From the human T2T-CHM13v2.0 reference genome, Homo sapiens, in assembly GCF_009914755.1 (NCBI RefSeq), contig NC_060932.1: a DNA stretch of 64,000 nucleotides; one strand, given 5' to 3'. The notes beneath the pieces were generated by a model. The model was not told the DNA's origin. It searched no databases and saw nothing but the letters and a program-made list of their open reading frames with translations. The position numbers and the translations under genes are program-made. Positions 58,158 through 64,000 of this stretch are shown piece after piece (within the stretch, counting starts at the first letter, position 1; the number at the start of each line of letters is the position of its first letter).

Positions 58158-58514
58158 TGTGCGTAATCAACTGTCTCAGATGCTGCTGGCTGCTGATAGG
58201 TCAAGTATGATGAGGATTAATAAGTGACCCTTGGATTAAGCAATGTGGACATTCTTTATGATCATGGCAAGACCAGTTTAGATGGAGTATGGTATCGGAA
58301 AGCCTATTTTAAAGTAGATTCAAGCAAAAAAAAAAAAAAAAAAAAAAATGAGAAGAGAAAAAAGGAGCCAGCACATATAATCCACCCTTTTGAGGAGCTT
58401 TTCTGTAATGAGAAGAGAGATCTTTTCTTTGTTTCTTTTGTAAAGGAAGTCAAAGTGAGATGCTTGAAACTGTGATTGTGGAAGGGCGTACACATTGTAA
58501 ACAAGGCCTGTAAG

Positions 58515-58728
58515 GGAGGGTTTTCAATCTCAGCCTCATTGACATCTGGGGCTGGAAAATTCTTTGTTGTAAGGAACTGTTCTGTGCTTTATAGGATATT
58601 TAGCAGCTTCCCTATCCTGTACCCAACTAAATGCCAGTAGCACCTACCAGCTATGACAATCAAAAACATCTCCAAACATTCCCATATGTTCTCCTGGAAG
58701 CAAAATTGCCTGTAGTTGAGAACCACTG
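58515..58728. mobile_element. MER20 DNA transposon
   Basis: attgacatctggggctgg...atgccagtagcacc...gacaatcaaaaacatctccaaacatt...gttgagaaccactg. Confidence 0.85.
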
Positions 58729-59898
58729 GTCTATAAAAATGATGGTAAGTAGCTGAGATATTGTAAAAGATAAAGTCATTGGAGAATCAAAATTCAAGTG
58801 ATTGAAAGAATGGGGAGGTAGAAAAAATCATCTATATGTTTATTAAAATCTTCAAAAATTAGAACAGAAGCATGCTGAAGAGAATGACACCGAGCCAGAG
58901 CTAATTCTTCTGTGAACAAGGGGAACTGACAGGCATCAGATGATCGCAACCAGGAGAGATAGTGGGTGGCATTACCTCAAAATAGGAGCATCAAAAATGG
59001 AAAATATTAGGGAAAGAAGAGGGAAAGTGATCTGGAAATGGCAACGAGAAGGAGAAAGAACTCCTACCCCACCTCCAAGGGTAGAGAAAACACAGGAGCG
59101 AAAATAGCAACCACCTAAAAGGGCCACAGTAGTTTTAAGGAAGAGATGGGTTTCAGTAAGAGCAAAAAAGAAGGAAACAGAAATTTATGAGGATATAAAG
59201 CATTTTGCTGATGACTGAAGGTATTGGAAAAGGACTTCAAAATTTGGGAAGACTGGGAGATGGGTCAGATGTACAGACCCTTGCGAGGAGTATAGTACAA
59301 GAGATAAGGATGCCCTGGAAAAAAAGGGAATCCTTTAGAGATTTACCTTGGCAGAGATAAAGAACACTATAATAGTAGGCACTAAAATGGAATAAATTAA
59401 TGAATGTATTGAATAAAAGTTCGCTTGGTTTATGCACTTATTTATACATTTCAACATTTACTTGGTTTATGTCTATAAATTTTCTTTAAAGCATGGTGAT
59501 GTAGGTAGTAATGTGCTTATTTAACAAAATAAAATAGAGAAATGAAGGGCTTAGGCAAAGATTACAAAACTGGTTAGTGGCAGGGTTTAAATTAGGTCTA
59601 CTTATGGGGTGCTACTTTTCTTAAAAATACATTGCCTTGATGTTTCTTCAGCCATAAGGTGTGTAGTTCAGAAAGTCTTCCTAATTCAAAAGCAGAATTT
59701 AGGGCTACTAAAGGATAGACAACCAAGGTATACAATGAAAGAGTTCTACATGCCATAGCTTTTTGGCGCTATGCAAGTCTAAGCTGTGCAACTCTCCTGG
59801 GAACCATCAGAAGACACTACAGTTGGTCCAGACACGTTAGCGTCTTCTCCAGACTTCCTTCCTGATGCAATCAGAATAAATGAATACATTAAAAAGAG

Positions 59899-60150
59899 TG
59901 TAAACCAAAAATAAAATGACCCGACCATTTCATTGGACCCCTCCTCTCAGCCAAAGGCATTCCAGAGTTAACCTGAAAATCTAATTCAGGCAGTGGTGGA
60001 AGATGGGGTCAGACATGCCTCATTATACCCTCCAGCATTAACATCAACAAAAAAACCTTATAGTCAGGACCTCCTGGAGCTGTGTCACTAGCACGTTCTT
60101 AAAGTTGGCAAAATAAATTGAGACCTGTCTCAGATACTTATGGGTTCACA
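59899..60150 (+). mobile_element. MER4-family solo LTR with large internal deletion
   Basis: Starts TGTAAACCAAAAATAAAAT, ends gagacctgtctcagatac...gttcaca; only 252 bp versus the 588-bp copy at 60935-61522. Confidence 0.85.
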
Positions 60151-60934
60151 ACACTTTGCAAAGAAACCTACTCTTATGTCTAAAATAATTTTGTAGTGAA
60201 TACATTGATATAAATCTTTATATTAAAAGAAATGTTTTTGAATGGTTAAAAACATGGCACACATGCAAATATAAAAAAAGACAAAAATTTTCTTTACCTC
60301 ATTCACTATTTATGAAGAAGTTGATGTTAAAAATCAGTTCAAAGAAGAATTTGAACAGATAAACGTGCATACACACTATATACATACATGTATATGTAAA
60401 TAAGAATTCTGAAGTGAATTTGGTAATAGAGGCAAAACTGTTTAAGATCTTATATCATATAGAGTAGTAATAGATACAAAATTATCTATAGGGAATATCA
60501 ATCTACATGTGAATACCTCATAGGGCAATAAAACTCGGGTTATTTTTCCTACCAGAGTGGAAATTAATTGTATCTGAACAAAATTCCTTTGCATTTCTAT
60601 GGACAAGAGACATTTGCATGACTTCAGTTTTCCATCATTTAACTTCTACCCCTGCAGAACTAATAATGTAACCAAGTCAATAGAGGTCAAAGAAGTATAC
60701 CCCCATGGAACTAGATAATCCTAAAAGGTCAGCTAGGCACACCCAATACTCCACCTTTTTTGTGTATGTTCAAGTCTTCAGCAACTTTTTCTTGACAATG
60801 CTGTGTGTCTTAGAAATTTGCTGGGAGCCTTTTATTTGTGTATCATCTCTCAAAAACTTTCCTAGTAACTTCTATGGGTTTTTTTTCCCCCTTCTTTTAC
60901 CCCAAGAATTGGCAGGCCTTTTTCTTTTTTTATG

Positions 60935-61522
60935 TGTAAACCAAAAGTATCTGAGACAGGTCCCAATCAGTTTAGAAAGTGTATTTTGCTAAGGTTAAGG
61001 ACTTGCCCATGACATAGCCTCAGGAGGTCGTGACGACATGTACCCAAAATGGCTGGTGTACAGCTTGACTTTATTAATTTTAGGGAGACATAATACATCA
61101 ACAGATACATGTAATATGTACCTTGGTTCAGTTAAGAAAGTCAGGACAACTCAGAGCAGGACTACTAGGTTACAAGTAGATTTAAAGGTCTTCTGATTGG
61201 CAATTGGGTGAAAGAGTTCTCATCAATAGAAAAGAATGTCTGGGTTAAGATAACCGGTTGTGGAGACCAAAGTTTTATCATGCAGATGATACCTCTAGGT
61301 AGCAGGCTTTAGAGAGAGTAGATTGTAAATGTTTCTTATCAGACTTAGAGAGTCTGTTTTATCAGTAGTTTCAAAAGAGAGGGGAGTATAATGAGGCATG
61401 TCCAGCTCCCCCTTCCGATCATAGCCTGAACTAATTTTTCAGGTTAACTTTGGAATGCCTTTGCTGAGAGGATGGGTCCATTCAGATGGTTGAAGGGCTT
61501 ATAATTTTATTTTTGGTTTATA
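60935..61522 (-). mobile_element. MER4-family solo LTR, near full length
   Basis: Reverse complement of the MER4 ends (tgtaaaccaaaagtatctgagacagg ... ttttatttttggtttata). Confidence 0.85.
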
Positions 61523-62184
61523 CTTGCTACCAACATCAGTAATTTGACATCTGTAACTACTAAGGGAAGATAGAAGTCATATGGCCTCTCTTACTCTCCA
61601 TCCTTGTCTCTAAATCTAAGCAATTGCCAATCCTGAACTTGTTTGAGAATTGTTTTTCATAGTCATTGTAATGTGGTTAGCCTGTAGGAGGTATAACAGA
61701 AGTCTGTTTCAATGTGTGAGGCTTCATTAATCACTGACATGTACCAATTGCCCTATTTTTCTCTTTCCTATATATTTTTTTCTTTTCAATATAATTAGAC
61801 TCAGGGGGACTTGATATTTGTCTTCAAATATTTGAAAGTCTGTCACATGAAAGACAAATTAGACCTGTTCTGTCTAGTCCCAAGTAGTAGAACTAAGACC
61901 AATTCTGCAGAAACTACAAGAGCCTTATATTTCTTGTACAGAGAGCATAATTTTTACAGAGCTGTCCAAAACTAGGATGAGCTTTTAAGGAATCTTAAAA
62001 GCTTCTCATAGTTATGATCCATGGCATTCATTGAAATGCAAATAGTTCCAAGCTCTCTTTGTTGACATTCTTTCCAGTTTTTGATAAATCCTTTCTTCCC
62101 AAACCCTCATCAGTTTTCCTCTTTTCCTTCAAGATGAGATCTTGGTCCCTCCCACTTAATAGATTTTCATTCCGTAGCCCAAGA

Positions 62185-62425
62185 TTGAGCAAACTGTTTT
62201 GGAAGGCCAGATAGTAAACATATTAGGTGCCTTACAGACCACAAGGTCTCTGCTGAAACTTTAAACTCTACTATTATAACAAAAAAGTAGTCATAGAGCA
62301 TATGTAAATAAGTGTGGCTGTGTTGCAGGAAAACTTTATGGACGTTGAAATTTGATTTTCTTATAATGTTATGAATTTATAATATCACTCTTCTTTTGGG
62401 TTTTTTCAATCATTTAAAAATGTAA
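62185..62425. mobile_element. MER58B-like DNA transposon interrupted by L1
   Basis: gcaaact...ggccagatagtaaa...gtgtggctgtgtt...aaaactttat...atttaaaaatgtaa then abrupt switch to L1. Confidence 0.75.
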
Positions 62426-64000
62426 GGAGGGAGGGCAAGATGTCTGACTAGACACAGCCTGGGGGAACAGCTCCCAGGGAGGGACCAAGATGACTTGCAT
62501 GTTCCTAACAGATCTTTGGAAGTAAAGCACTAAGAGGGGATGGAAGGAAGACACAGAAGCTGGGCTGAAGGGAGAGAAAGCTGGGTACACTGCACAAGGC
62601 TACCATGAACCAGGACTCATTCTTGGGTCCCTGCGGCTCAGGGGGAACAGGTGAGTTGAACTGGCAAGTAGCAAACCACTCTTGCCACAGACCTCTGAAA
62701 TCCTAGCAGGAGGAGACCCCTTGACCACCAGGGACACTTCAGTTGGCAGGGAGAGCCTTAAAGAAGTGGTAGGGGCAGCAAGCCAACTAAGGTGGAGCCC
62801 AGATGGTTTACTGCAAGATTGTCTGTAGTGGAGCATGGCCTGGAATGGCTATCCCCCTAGGCTTGACTTGCTTCCATAGGAGACTTTAACCCTAGGGAAA
62901 CTGTCAGACCTGAACTCTGCAGGGCAGTCTTGCCCATCAGAAGGGACTGCTCCAATCTGAGCACCCCTTGGTCTGCTGGCATATCCCAGGGCTCCAGCCT
63001 GTCCACACCTGCTAGCATGGCAGAATTGGGGGCCCTGCACCAGAGCTTCTGCACTGGTGAACCATGTCTGACTGGCAGAGAGTTCCAGTAGGGTGTCCCC
63101 TATGGCCACCAACCAGACCACATGCTCCCTTCCCAAACTGCAGCTACCCTAGGGCCCATGGCTACTCCCCACATCACTTTGCTGGCATGTGTCTGCACTG
63201 GCAGGTTTTGCTTTCCTTGCCTCACCAGTGGGTGGGAGTGCAGTCCACACCTCTTCTCCCCACCAACTGCCATTGCAGATGGAGCCTAGGTAGGCACAGA
63301 GCCAGCCAGACCTACTCCTGCCAGTGTCCCACCCTTGTGCTAACACTGTGCAGAGAACAGCAGATCCTCCCATTTTCTGAGTGGCCACACCTGCTTGCAG
63401 GGCATAGAGAATGCTCCCAAATCTGCAACCACAGAACCCTGCCCCCAAACCAACTCCACCTTCAGCCTGACCATGCACATAGTCACCAGCAGGGCCCCCC
63501 ACACCCTCTAGCTGTGTTCCCTCTGCCACCATGGTGAATGCCTGCAAGGAGGCAGGCACCCTGGCACCTGTTAGCACTCTGCTGTAGCTGCCGCAACTTG
63601 GCCTCCCAACACAGTGGATTTCTAACCTCAAGGAGCCAGACAACAAAGTCAGGGCCCAAAACAAGTTCCCCAGAGTTAGAGCACACAGTCCAGGAGTTTG
63701 GAGCTGAGTGTTTCCCCCTCAAATCTTCCAAAAACAAAGCCAAGTCAGCTGAATGTAACTTATACTACAATCAAACCCACAAGGTCATCAAATAAGATAA
63801 AAGAAAAAACAACAACAACAACAACAAAAACAAAGAAAAAACAAAAATCCAAAGGTCAGAAACCTCAAAGATTGAAGGTAGAAAAGCACACAAAGATGAG
63901 AAAGAATCAATGCAAGAACTCTGACAACTCGAAAAGCCAGAGTGCCTTCTTTGCTCCAAACAACCACAGCACCTCTCTAGCAAGGGTTCTGAACCAGGCT
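62426..64000 (+). mobile_element. 5' end of an old primate LINE-1 (L1PA13-16/L1PB-type 5'UTR) with start of ORF1 at 63896
   Basis: GGAGGGAGGGCAAGATGTCTGACTAGA start (YY1-like CAAGATGG variant), GC-richer 5'UTR, then ATG at 63896 MRKNQCKNSDNSKSQSAFFAPNNHSTSLARVLNQA resembling L1 ORF1p N-terminus; runs off the window. Confidence 0.85.

Noticed and set aside
62600-63795. Long overlapping ORFs of 78-171 aa on both strands
   Set aside because: They lie in the GC-rich L1 5'UTR where stops are rare; no recognisable protein.

Overview
Vertebrate (almost certainly human, given the Alu, LTR8 and MER4 content) genomic DNA covering the 3' end of the netrin receptor gene UNC5D on the + strand. Six coding exons (2624-2792, 4680-4907, 13418-13567, 21000-21164, 28394-28572, 44454-44658) splice with consistent phases and GT-AG sites into the cytoplasmic ZU5-UPA-death domain tail ending ...NYSRQNGL*. 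A ~6 kb 3'UTR with no recognisable Alu follows, ending near an AATAAA at 50614. The rest is intron and downstream intergenic DNA rich in transposon remnants (Alu, LTR8, MER4, MLT1, MER58/MER3/MER20, L2, MIR and the 5' end of an old L1). I see no novel multi-gene system, and nearly all other ORFs in the track are chance or repeat-derived. The most notable unexplained structure is: three local, direct, non-tandem duplications 2-3 kb apart, one demonstrably a templated insertion splitting an L2; inverted Alus around the frame-shifting penultimate exon, whose skipping would give an NMD-escaping receptor lacking the death domain; an in-frame candidate alternative last exon; an Alu whose middle is replaced by a G4/i-motif filler; and several perfect hairpins. 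Gene and repeat family names come from recall of the sequences, not from a database search.
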